A stretch of 37,369 nt of DNA from Campylobacterales bacterium (GTDB taxonomy: Bacteria > Campylobacterota > Campylobacteria > Campylobacterales > JAADDG01), in contig JALVCR010000075.1 of assembly GCA_027009865.1 (NCBI GenBank), positions 1 through 37,369 of the forward strand, written 5' to 3'. The translations under genes and the position numbers were made by a program. Shown one piece after another: positions 19,846 to 30,564 of the stretch. Within the stretch, counting starts at the first letter, position 1. Each line of letters opens with the position of its first letter. The notes under the pieces were generated by a model that worked only from the letters and a program-made list of their open reading frames with translations, was not told the DNA's origin and searched no databases.

Positions 19846-21247
19846 TAGCGTATTTCATCTGTATAGAAATTTATATTTTAAGTTGCCAAGATCTGTTAGA
19901 TCTTTTATGGGAGATTTATACGGTTCTTTGCCTCTTAGTGTAAGATTTGGAAAAGAGTATGACAAACATAGAGCAATTTTAGAGAAATTTGAAAGCTCGG
20001 ATGATACTTATAAAATGGATTTTATGTTTAATAAAACCCTGGAAACTTTAAAATTTGCTGAGGAGAATATTCCTTATTATCAGAAAATTTTTAAAGAGAG
20101 AGGATTTAAAGCGGAGGATTTTAAACATTTTGATGATTTAAAAAAACTTCCGTTTTTAACGAAGCCTATTATTCAAAAAGAGCTTGATAATTTATACACA
20201 GACAAGTTTGATAAACCTGTCGCGTATTATACAGGCGGAAGTAGCTCGACTCCTATGAAAATGTATGCTCCTTTGGGAATTTCAAGAGCAAAAGAGAAGG
20301 CTTACAGCTTATACTCTTTTGAGAGGCTCGGCTATAAATATAGAGACAGAACCGTTGCTTTAAGAGGAAGAGAGACAGCCGATCCCGATAAAGGAATCTA
20401 TTGGGATTATGAGATGGTCGATAACTATCTTCAGCCCTCAGGCAACTATCTTGAAGTTCCTTATATAGAAAAGATAGTAGAAGAGATAAAAAGATTTAAA
20501 CCGAAATTTTTCTACGGATATCCGAGCGCCGTTTTGTCTTTTATGAAGGCATGCAGATTAAAAGGTATCAATACGATAGAGAATATTCAGGGAGTATTTT
20601 TAATATCCGAAAGCGTATTTCCAGAATATATAGATGATATGAGAGAGTTTTTTAAATGTTCTGTGTTGTCTCATTACGGCCATACCGAGAGAAATACAAT
20701 GGCTTATAAAATAGATCACGGGTTTTACCACTTTTTTGGCTCTTACGGTCTTACTCAAATTATAGACGATGAGATAGTAACTCTCTCTTTTGATAATATT
20801 GTAATGCCTTATATCAATTATAAAACTCAAGATTATATAGAGGGGGAGGTTGAATTTTATCCCGGAACTTCGGTTGTAAAAAAAGTCGGCGATATAAGGG
20901 GAAGAATTCAGGAGTATTTAGTTACAAAAGAGGGAAATGTAATCTCTATTTTATCCATAGGAGCCGGCCATTACAACTCTTACGATTATGTGGATCAAGC
21001 TCAGTTTTACCAAGATACTCCGGGCAAAGTCATACTCTTTGTTCAAAGCGAACATCCTGAGAAGGTAAAAAAAGATATTATGAAAAAGCAGATGGAAGAT
21101 CAGGTAAAAGGGGCTATTGAATTTGAGATAAAATTTAAAGATAAAATAGAAAAATCAAAAAGAGGTAAAAGAATACTTGTGGTTCAAAAACTTGATGTCG
21201 AGGCTTTCAGAAAAGCAAAAAGTAGGGAATATGAGCAAGCTTCTTAA
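19835..21247 (+). CDS. CapK / phenylacetate-CoA-ligase-like adenylate-forming enzyme (COG1541 type)
   Basis: 470 aa. IPYYQKIFKERGFKAEDFKHFDDLKKLPFLTKPIIQKEL resembles the PaaK/F390-synthetase N-terminal region. YYTGGSSSTPMKMY is a degenerate AMP-binding P-loop (T-[SG]-G-[ST]-[ST]-G). It overlaps the upstream GT by 11 nt. Confidence 0.72.
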   Translation: MDIDSVFHLYRNLYFKLPRSVRSFMGDLYGSLPLSVRFGKEYDKHRAILEKFESSDDTYKMDFMFNKTLETLKFAEENIPYYQKIFKERGFKAEDFKHFDDLKKLPFLTKPIIQKELDNLYTDKFDKPVAYYTGGSSSTPMKMYAPLGISRAKEKAYSLYSFERLGYKYRDRTVALRGRETADPDKGIYWDYEMVDNYLQPSGNYLEVPYIEKIVEEIKRFKPKFFYGYPSAVLSFMKACRLKGINTIENIQGVFLISESVFPEYIDDMREFFKCSVLSHYGHTERNTMAYKIDHGFYHFFGSYGLTQIIDDEIVTLSFDNIVMPYINYKTQDYIEGEVEFYPGTSVVKKVGDIRGRIQEYLVTKEGNVISILSIGAGHYNSYDYVDQAQFYQDTPGKVILFVQSEHPEKVKKDIMKKQMEDQVKGAIEFEIKFKDKIEKSKRGKRILVVQKLDVEAFRKAKSREYEQAS

Positions 21248-22841
21248 ATATTATCATACTCTAAAATATCTAAAACCAGAGCAAATTAAATACAGAATCT
21301 ACTATATTGGAAGAGATAAATTTAGAAAACTAAAGGATTTTAAATATCCTCTCTTCCTTCCTTCAAAAAGTATAAGACTCTCTTTAGAAAGAAGCATAGA
21401 GAGTTTTCCCTCTTTTTATGAAAAGGAGGGAAAATATTGTTTTGATTTTTTAAATCTCTCTTACTGTTTTGATAAGATAGATTGGAATTTTTCCAAGCAT
21501 GGAAAGCTTTGGGCTTATAATCTTAATTATTTTAACTTTCTTTTTCAAAAAGATATGAGCAGAGAAAAAGGGCTTGATTTAATTAATAAATTTATTGATG
21601 ATATAGAGAGTAACAAAGAGGGATTGGAACCTTATCCGATATCTCTTAGAGGCATAAATTGGATAAAGTTTTTAACTTATCACAGAATAGAAGATAAAAA
21701 AATTGATGATTCTCTTTTTGCGCAATATATGATACTCTCCGATAATTTGGAATATCATGTTCTTGGAAACCATATTTTGGAAAACGGCTTTTCTCTTTTA
21801 TTTGGAGCATACTATTTTAATGATGAAAATCTTTATAAATTGGCCGAAGATATTATTAAAAGGGAGTTAGAAGAGGAGATTTTAGATGACGGGGCTCATT
21901 TTGAACTCTCTTTGATGTATCATCAATTAATTTTGTTTAGAGTATTGGATGCTTTCAATCTTGTAAAAAATAATCCTAAAATTTTCGGCTCTTTAAAGGA
22001 TTTATTGGAAGATAAGGCTAAAAAAATGCTCTCTTGGCTAAATGAGATGACTTTTAGATGCGGAGATATTCCTCTTTTAAACGATTCGGCTTTAAATATA
22101 GCTCCAAATACAAAAGATTTAAACGATTACGCAAAAAGGCTTGGTATCGTTTTTAGTAAAAGAGGAGTTTTAAAAGAGAGCGGATATAGAAAATTTACAG
22201 AAAATGATTGGGAGATGGTTTTTGATGTTGGGAATATAGGTCCAGATTATATTCCAGGACATGCTCACAGCGATACTTTTAGTTTTGTTTTATATGTAAA
22301 AAATAGACCTTTTATAGTAGATACGGGAATTTCTACTTATGAGAATAATGAGCGAAGATTTATAGAAAGATCAACTGCAGCTCACAATACCGTTAAAATA
22401 GGAGATTTTGAACAGTCAGAAGTTTGGTCGAGTTTTAGAGTTGCAAGAAGAGCTAAGATAGTTTCTCTAAAAGAAGAGAAGGATTTTATTGAGGCTTCTC
22501 ATGACGGATATGAAAAAATAGGGTTTCTTCATAAAAGAAGGTTTGAGAATTTTAAAAATAAAATGATTATAACCGATTTTATAGAGAATGTTAGAAATGT
22601 GAGAAAAGGTTTAGATATCATATCATATTTGCATTTTCATCCTTCTGTTAAAGTAATTTTAAGAAATAATATTATAAAAACAGATTTATCGAATATAAAA
22701 ATAGAAGGAGCAGAAAAAATAGAAATTAAAGATTATTTTTATGCTGAAGGTTATAACAAATTAAAAAAGGCAAAATTAGCCGTTATCTTTTTTAAAAAAG
22801 AGTGTAAAATAATATTTACTTTTAATTTTAACAGTAAATAA
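21231..22841 (+). CDS. Heparinase II/III-like family protein, no signal peptide
   Basis: I prefer the ATG at 21231 (AGGGAA RBS), giving MSKLLKYYHTLKYLKPEQIKYR, over the track's start at 21177. The central LSLMYHQL and DYIPGHAHSDTFSFVLY resemble the conserved His-containing motifs of heparinase II/III-like domains. The N-terminus is hydrophilic and basic, with no signal peptide or lipobox. It overlaps the CapK-like gene by 17 nt. Confidence 0.68.
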   Translation: MSKLLKYYHTLKYLKPEQIKYRIYYIGRDKFRKLKDFKYPLFLPSKSIRLSLERSIESFPSFYEKEGKYCFDFLNLSYCFDKIDWNFSKHGKLWAYNLNYFNFLFQKDMSREKGLDLINKFIDDIESNKEGLEPYPISLRGINWIKFLTYHRIEDKKIDDSLFAQYMILSDNLEYHVLGNHILENGFSLLFGAYYFNDENLYKLAEDIIKRELEEEILDDGAHFELSLMYHQLILFRVLDAFNLVKNNPKIFGSLKDLLEDKAKKMLSWLNEMTFRCGDIPLLNDSALNIAPNTKDLNDYAKRLGIVFSKRGVLKESGYRKFTENDWEMVFDVGNIGPDYIPGHAHSDTFSFVLYVKNRPFIVDTGISTYENNERRFIERSTAAHNTVKIGDFEQSEVWSSFRVARRAKIVSLKEEKDFIEASHDGYEKIGFLHKRRFENFKNKMIITDFIENVRNVRKGLDIISYLHFHPSVKVILRNNIIKTDLSNIKIEGAEKIEIKDYFYAEGYNKLKKAKLAVIFFKKECKIIFTFNFNSK

Positions 22842-23038
22842 AATTTTTCTGGTGTTGTTAAAATATATTAATAAATGATAAAGTTTTTTCAAGGTTTTAT
22901 TTAAAAAATTAAAAATTCTTTTATTTTTATAAAAGAACATTTTGGTTTTTTCATTTAAATTTTAATCGTATAATAAAGTTTTTTTACCTATAATAATAAA
23001 TAGTAATAAGATATGTAAAACGTAAAAAAGGATGAACG

Positions 23039-23836
23039 ATGAAGTTGTTTAGATTCGTGGGGTTTGCTCTCTTTTTAATTTTACTTTTTGGAGGTTGTGC
23101 GGCAAAAAAAAGGGAGTTTATACTTTTTCAAGGGGAGCCCCAGAAAATTAAAGACATAAATTATACAGAGGAGTATTTTGTAAAACCCTATCAATATAAA
23201 ATAGTTCCAAATGATAGGCTTTCCATTTTATTTTATAATCATCCCGAACTTAGCACCAGAGATATAAGATCCGCTATTACTGCGGGCAGAATAGGTATTT
23301 TGGTAAATCCGGACGGAACTGTTAGAATGCCTCTTATAGGAACTGTAAAAATTGCAGGGTTAACTGTGCAGGAGGCTACTAATCTTTTGATAAATGAATA
23401 CTCTAAATATATTAAAAATGCTCATATGTATTTAGAAGTTTTAAACAAAAGAGTGTATGTTTTAGGAGAAGTTAGAAGACCTGGAAAAGTTCCAATTACT
23501 AATGAAGTTATGAGTGTAGTTGAAGCTATAGCAGACGCTGGAGGTTTTACCGATTTTGCCAAAAGAAACAGCATTAAAATTATAAGGGGAACCCCTTCCC
23601 ATCCGATAGTAGTAAATGTGGATCTTACAAAATTAAATAAATTATCAAGAGCGAATTTAACTCTTTATCCAAATGATGTTGTTTATGTAATGCCTAATAA
23701 TATGAGAGCTACAAATTTAGCAATAGCGGATATGATGCCTTCTGTTGATTTCGTAACAAGAATTTTGACGGCTTTATTTACAGGCAAAGAGTTGACAAAT
23801 ACCTATATGTTTAATGTTAACGATACATATAAGTAA
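23039..23836 (+). CDS. wza: Wza-like outer-membrane polysaccharide export (OPX) lipoprotein
   Basis: 265 aa. Signal peptide with a lipobox-like LLFGGC. Poly_export region YKIVPNDRLSILFYNHPELS and SLBB-like VYVLGEVRRPGKVPI. AGGA RBS 7 nt upstream. Confidence 0.85.
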   Translation: MKLFRFVGFALFLILLFGGCAAKKREFILFQGEPQKIKDINYTEEYFVKPYQYKIVPNDRLSILFYNHPELSTRDIRSAITAGRIGILVNPDGTVRMPLIGTVKIAGLTVQEATNLLINEYSKYIKNAHMYLEVLNKRVYVLGEVRRPGKVPITNEVMSVVEAIADAGGFTDFAKRNSIKIIRGTPSHPIVVNVDLTKLNKLSRANLTLYPNDVVYVMPNNMRATNLAIADMMPSVDFVTRILTALFTGKELTNTYMFNVNDTYK

Positions 23837-23853
23837 AAGAAAGGTAGAGGAAG

Positions 23854-26199
23854 ATGAGTAGTGCAGCACAAATATCGGTTGGCAAAAATAACGGAGATAT
23901 TCAAAAAATTTTCAAGGTAATCAAAAGACATAAACTTATGATTTTGTTGACGACTCTCCTGTTTTTGATAGGAGGGGCGTTTTATAACTATATGGCGACA
24001 CCGGTTTATGAATCGGAAGCTACCGTTAAAGTTAGTAAAGAGAGATTGGATCTTAGGTTTACTTCCGTAATTAGGGCAATGGGACTTGATACGGAAGCAA
24101 GTTTAATAGATACAGAAATAGAGATATTAAAATCTCGAAATTTAATAGATAAAGCTATAGATGCGGTAAACTATAATATAAGATATTTTACTAAAAATGG
24201 TTTAAAAAAAGAGGAGTTATATAAAAACGCTCCTTTTAAAGTAGAAAATCTTGTAGTTAAAGATCCTATTTTTTATAATAGAAAATTTATAGTAAAGCAG
24301 ATTGATGCTAATACTTTCTTGCTTCAAACCAAAGATTCTATTTTTTCAAAAATAAAAGATAAAATAATGTCTCTTTTTGGAACTTTAAAACCAAAACTTA
24401 TCTATAAAGAAGTTCATAAATTTGGTGAAAAGATAGATAATGATTATTTTTCTTTAACGATTAATAAAATTAAGGATTTTAAAAATGGTTATTACTATTT
24501 CTTTTCGCAACCAAAATATCAGCTAATTCAACAGATAAATGATAATTTGGATGTTTTTTCTGCGACTAAAAATGCTGCGGTAATTAAGCTTGTTTTTGAT
24601 GATACCAATCCTTTAAGAGCTAAAGATTTTCTTGATAATCTAACAAGAGAGTATTTAGAACAAACAGTAAATCAAAAGACAAGTGAAGCGTCAAAAGCTT
24701 TAGCTTTTATAGAGGATCAATTGAAAAAAGTGAGCAAAAAACTTAAAGAATCGGCTATTAAACTTGAAAATTTCAAAGAGGAAAATAATATTGTAGATGT
24801 TGGAATCGAATCTGATGTTACATTAAAGAAGCTAAGCAAACTTGAATCTGAACTTAATGACCTTACATTAAAAGAAAACAATCTTAAAATAATTTATGAA
24901 GAATTTCAAAAAGGCAATTATAGCGCTATAAGCAGTTTGAGTGCCGATTATCCAGTTATTGAAAAAATGCTTACTGATTTAATCTCTAAAATCAATAAAA
25001 AGAATGAGCTTTTAGTAGATTTTACCGAAAATCATCCGGATGTGATAAAAATCAGTTCTCAGATAGATGAGCTTAAGAGAGCTTTGGAAGATACAATTGA
25101 GAGTATGTATGAAAGTGTCAAAGAGAAGAAGAAATCTTTAGAAGATATCATTTACACTCAAGAGACGGGACTTATGAAGCTTCCGGAAAAAGAGAGAGTT
25201 TTAGCTGATTTAAAAAGAAAATATCTTGTAAACGAGAAGACATATTCCTATCTTTTGGAAAAACAGGCTGAGATGTCTATTAATAAAGCGGCTACCGTTT
25301 CAAGTAACAAAATTTTAGATTATGCAAGTATGCCTCATCAGCCTATTAAACCGGTTAAACTGTTTGTTTTATCTGCAAGCGGTCTTTTGGGCTTAATTTT
25401 TGGATTTTTAGGTGCATTTATAAGAGACTATTTTGATACGAAAATCAAAACAAAAGAGGATATATATGAACTTACTAAGCTTCCAATTTTTGGAGTTGTG
25501 CCGTATGTAAGGAATGCGAACAAACTTTTTGTTTTAGAAGATCCTCAATCATTAGCCAGTGAGTCCATAAGGACGATTAGAACCAATCTGGATTTTGTAG
25601 GAGCATCAAGAGGAGATAGAAGCAAAGTTGTTGTGGTAACTTCAGTAGTTCCTGGAGAGGGTAAAACTACAATAGCTGCAAATTTAGCTGCTACGTTAGG
25701 TAACAGTGAGAAAAAAACTATAATATTATCTTTAGATCTTAGAAGGCCTAAACTTCATAGAATTTTTAATTTATCTAACAAATCAGGTATGAGTACTGTT
25801 TTAGCAGGAAAAGATGATTTAAAAGATGTAATTTGGGAGCATCAAACTATTAAAAATCTCGATATAGTAACTTCAGGTCCGATTCCTCCGAATCCTTCAG
25901 ATTTGATAGATTCTTCTATTATGCAGGAAGTTTTTGAAATTTTAAGAAAAGATTATGATTACATCATAATTGACTCTCCTCCTGTTAGCTCTGTTACAGA
26001 TGCTATAATCCTTATGAAAAATGCGGATGTTTCACTATCTGTGTTTATGTCAGAGTATTCTGAAAAAGATTATGTGAAAAATTTAAACGAGATGGTTGAA
26101 ATGTATGGATTAAAACATATAGGTATAGTATTAAATGGAGTTAGAGCTAAGTATTTGCCGGAGAGTTTTTCCAAATATAACTATCTTCCTTATAAATAA
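23854..26199 (+). CDS. wzc: Wzc-like polysaccharide co-polymerase / BY-tyrosine kinase (PCP-2a)
   Basis: 781 aa. It has an N-terminal TM plus Wzz-like domain, a long coiled-coil periplasmic region, the proline-rich MPHQPIKPVKL before TM2, and a cytoplasmic kinase domain. Kinase motifs are Walker A VVPGEGKTT, A' ILSLDLRRPKLH and Walker B YIIIDSPP. There are four Tyr in the last 15 residues (YLPESFSKYNYLPYK). Confidence 0.9.
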   Translation: MSSAAQISVGKNNGDIQKIFKVIKRHKLMILLTTLLFLIGGAFYNYMATPVYESEATVKVSKERLDLRFTSVIRAMGLDTEASLIDTEIEILKSRNLIDKAIDAVNYNIRYFTKNGLKKEELYKNAPFKVENLVVKDPIFYNRKFIVKQIDANTFLLQTKDSIFSKIKDKIMSLFGTLKPKLIYKEVHKFGEKIDNDYFSLTINKIKDFKNGYYYFFSQPKYQLIQQINDNLDVFSATKNAAVIKLVFDDTNPLRAKDFLDNLTREYLEQTVNQKTSEASKALAFIEDQLKKVSKKLKESAIKLENFKEENNIVDVGIESDVTLKKLSKLESELNDLTLKENNLKIIYEEFQKGNYSAISSLSADYPVIEKMLTDLISKINKKNELLVDFTENHPDVIKISSQIDELKRALEDTIESMYESVKEKKKSLEDIIYTQETGLMKLPEKERVLADLKRKYLVNEKTYSYLLEKQAEMSINKAATVSSNKILDYASMPHQPIKPVKLFVLSASGLLGLIFGFLGAFIRDYFDTKIKTKEDIYELTKLPIFGVVPYVRNANKLFVLEDPQSLASESIRTIRTNLDFVGASRGDRSKVVVVTSVVPGEGKTTIAANLAATLGNSEKKTIILSLDLRRPKLHRIFNLSNKSGMSTVLAGKDDLKDVIWEHQTIKNLDIVTSGPIPPNPSDLIDSSIMQEVFEILRKDYDYIIIDSPPVSSVTDAIILMKNADVSLSVFMSEYSEKDYVKNLNEMVEMYGLKHIGIVLNGVRAKYLPESFSKYNYLPYK

Positions 26200-26232
26200 G
26201 ATGAAAGAAAGCAAAAGCTTCTTTCATCTTTA
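26200..26232 (+). terminator. Intrinsic terminator after wzc
   Basis: Perfect 10-bp stem gatgaaagaa (26200-26209) / ttctttcatc (26219-26228) with the 9-nt loop agcaaaagc, followed by TTT. It starts 1 nt after the wzc stop. Confidence 0.6.
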
Positions 26233-26296
26233 TATACTTTTTAAGAGAGTGTTTTATAAAATTTTTATTTAATTTATTTATTTTAAAGGTTTTGAT

Positions 26297-27424
26297 GTGC
26301 TTATTGAGGCTTTATTTGCTTTTTTTCTATCTTTACTTCTTAATGCACTCTTAGTCAAATATGCTTTTAAAATAGGTTTAGTTGATATACCAAATCATAG
26401 AAGTTCTCATACAAAACCAGTGGCTAGGGGAGCTGGAATAGCTATTTTTCTCTCTTTTATAATTACTGTTATAATATTTCATTATGATGTAGTGATTAAA
26501 AATATAGGTTTTTTTTTAGGTGTTTTTGTAGTTTTTATAGCCGGAGTAATAGATGACAAATATGAAATTTCTCCTAAAGTTAAGTTTCTTTTTTTAATAG
26601 TTGCAACTTTATTTATATATTTTATAGATGATATTAAAATTACTTATATAGGAACATATTTTGGTTATACGGTATATCTTTACTCTTGGATGGTTTTACC
26701 TTTTACGGTAATAGCAGTTGTGGGATATACCAATGCCTTAAACCTGATAGACGGACTTGACGGGCTTGCCGGATTAATATCTTTAATCATATTTGTTTCT
26801 TATTTTTATATAGGATATGTCCATTTCGATGATTTTATGATTACGGTTAGTTTTTTTATGATAGCCGCACTTTTAGGATTTTTGGTTTTTAATTGGAATC
26901 CCGCAAAAGTATTTATGGGAGATAGCGGCTCTTTGGTTTTGGGCTTCTCCATAGCCGCCGTTAGCATAAAAGCGATAGAGTATATAAGCGTAACTTCGAT
27001 TTTATTTTTAACGGCTCTTCCTTTAATAGATACATTTACGGTTATGATAAGAAGGCTTCAAAGAGGAATATCTCCGTTTAGAGCTGATAAGAATCATATG
27101 CATCATAGAATAAAAAATTGGAAAGATTATACAGATTATACGGTTTTAATGCTTGGAATGATACAGCTTTGCTTCTCTTTGATAGGTATCAGGTTACATG
27201 AACAGCACGATACTATGAATCTTATAATTTTTATTGTTATGTTTTTTCTATTTTTTAATTTTCTTGATCCAAGAAATAAAAGAAGACAAAGACTTACTAT
27301 TACCGAACTTAGATTAAGGGCTATAAATTTTTTTGAAGATATAGGATTTACAATAAACGGGGCGATAATTTTGTTTTTAATTTTTCTTCTTGGAGTTTTA
27401 GTTCTTAAGCTTTACTATTTTTAA
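26297..27424 (+). CDS. WecA/WbpL-family polyprenyl-phosphate HexNAc-1-phosphate transferase (MraY-like)
   Basis: 375 aa polytopic protein with VIDDKYEISPKVKF, NALNLIDGLDGLAG and VFMGDSGSLVLGF, the conserved MraY/WecA motifs. GTG start. Confidence 0.88.
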   Translation: MLIEALFAFFLSLLLNALLVKYAFKIGLVDIPNHRSSHTKPVARGAGIAIFLSFIITVIIFHYDVVIKNIGFFLGVFVVFIAGVIDDKYEISPKVKFLFLIVATLFIYFIDDIKITYIGTYFGYTVYLYSWMVLPFTVIAVVGYTNALNLIDGLDGLAGLISLIIFVSYFYIGYVHFDDFMITVSFFMIAALLGFLVFNWNPAKVFMGDSGSLVLGFSIAAVSIKAIEYISVTSILFLTALPLIDTFTVMIRRLQRGISPFRADKNHMHHRIKNWKDYTDYTVLMLGMIQLCFSLIGIRLHEQHDTMNLIIFIVMFFLFFNFLDPRNKRRQRLTITELRLRAINFFEDIGFTINGAIILFLIFLLGVLVLKLYYF

Positions 27425-27442
27425 GGCTCTATAAGATATTTT

Positions 27443-27451
27443 TGTTATACT
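27443..27451 (+). promoter_or_regulatory. Candidate extended -10 promoter (TGtTATACT) for hisZ-purA
   Basis: A TGnTATACT element lies 36 nt upstream of the hisZ ATG in a 62-bp gap. Pattern match only. Confidence 0.35.
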
Positions 27452-27486
27452 TCCTTACTTTTTAAAAAAACATTTCAGGTAAATTT

Positions 27487-29991
<2,505 letters not shown>

Positions 29992-29995
<4 letters not shown>

Positions 29996-30528
29996 GAATC
30001 TTTCTTATTATTCTTTTTATTAATTTGATTGCATTTGCCGGTGAAAGTGGAAATATAATAGATTGCAATAAAATTTTTGAGCAAAGAAAAGAGGAGCTTT
30101 TAGAAGAGCTTGATAAAATAGATGAGAAGCAAGAGGCTATGGAAGCTCTTTTAAATGCAAAGAAGGCCTTCTTGAAAAAGAAAGAGGAGATTTTAAATAA
30201 AAAAGAGGCTGAAGTTAACGCAACTTTAAGCACAATTTCTAAAAAAGAACAAAATATTTCAAAAATGCTTGAAGAGAATAGGAAAATTTTAGAAGAGATA
30301 AAAAAAGCAAAAGATGACAAACTAACTCAAACTTACTCCAAAATGAGAGATTCGGCTGCGGCTAATATTCTGCAAAAGATGCCAAAAGCTGATGCCGCTA
30401 AGATTTTATTTAATTTAGCTCCCAAAAAAATATCCAAAATTATGGCGAAAATGGATCCCGCATCGGCTTCAAAGCTAACGGAGCTTCTTCAAAAAGGCCC
30501 TCCTTTTGATTTAAATGAGAGTAAATAG
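29992..30528 (+). CDS. Periplasmic MotE/MgtE_N-domain flagellar-associated protein
   Basis: 178 aa. It has the signal peptide MRIFLIILFINLIAFAG, a coiled coil, and the C-terminal AANILQKMPKADAAKILFNLAPKKISKIMAKMDPASASKL, which resembles the MgtE N-terminal/MotE repeat. It occupies the position of C. jejuni Cj1496c, from memory. Confidence 0.65.
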
Positions 30529-30564
30529 AAAAACCTATTTTCCTAATTATTTATTTACTAAATT

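Noticed and set aside
21231-22841. Reading the heparinase II/III-like protein as a secreted host-glycosaminoglycan lyase (virulence or nutrition).
   Set aside because: It has no signal peptide, lipobox or TM segment at the N-terminus. It is translationally overlapped with a biosynthetic gene inside a polysaccharide assembly operon. A cytoplasmic tailoring role therefore seems more consistent, though this is untested.
23104-23111. Homopolymer tracts as possible phase-variation switches. They include A8 just after the Wza lipobox Cys, A7 at the first GT start (12109-12115), and G6 runs at about 9257 and about 14298.
   Set aside because: Campylobacter and Helicobacter contingency loci typically use poly-G/C tracts of 8 or more. 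No such tract exists in the window. A/T runs of this length are everywhere in this AT-rich DNA.
26201-26269. 22-codon ORF (MKESKSFFHLYILFKRVFYKIFI) downstream of wzc.
   Set aside because: It is formed by the terminator hairpin itself, and its ATG lies inside the stem. It has no RBS.
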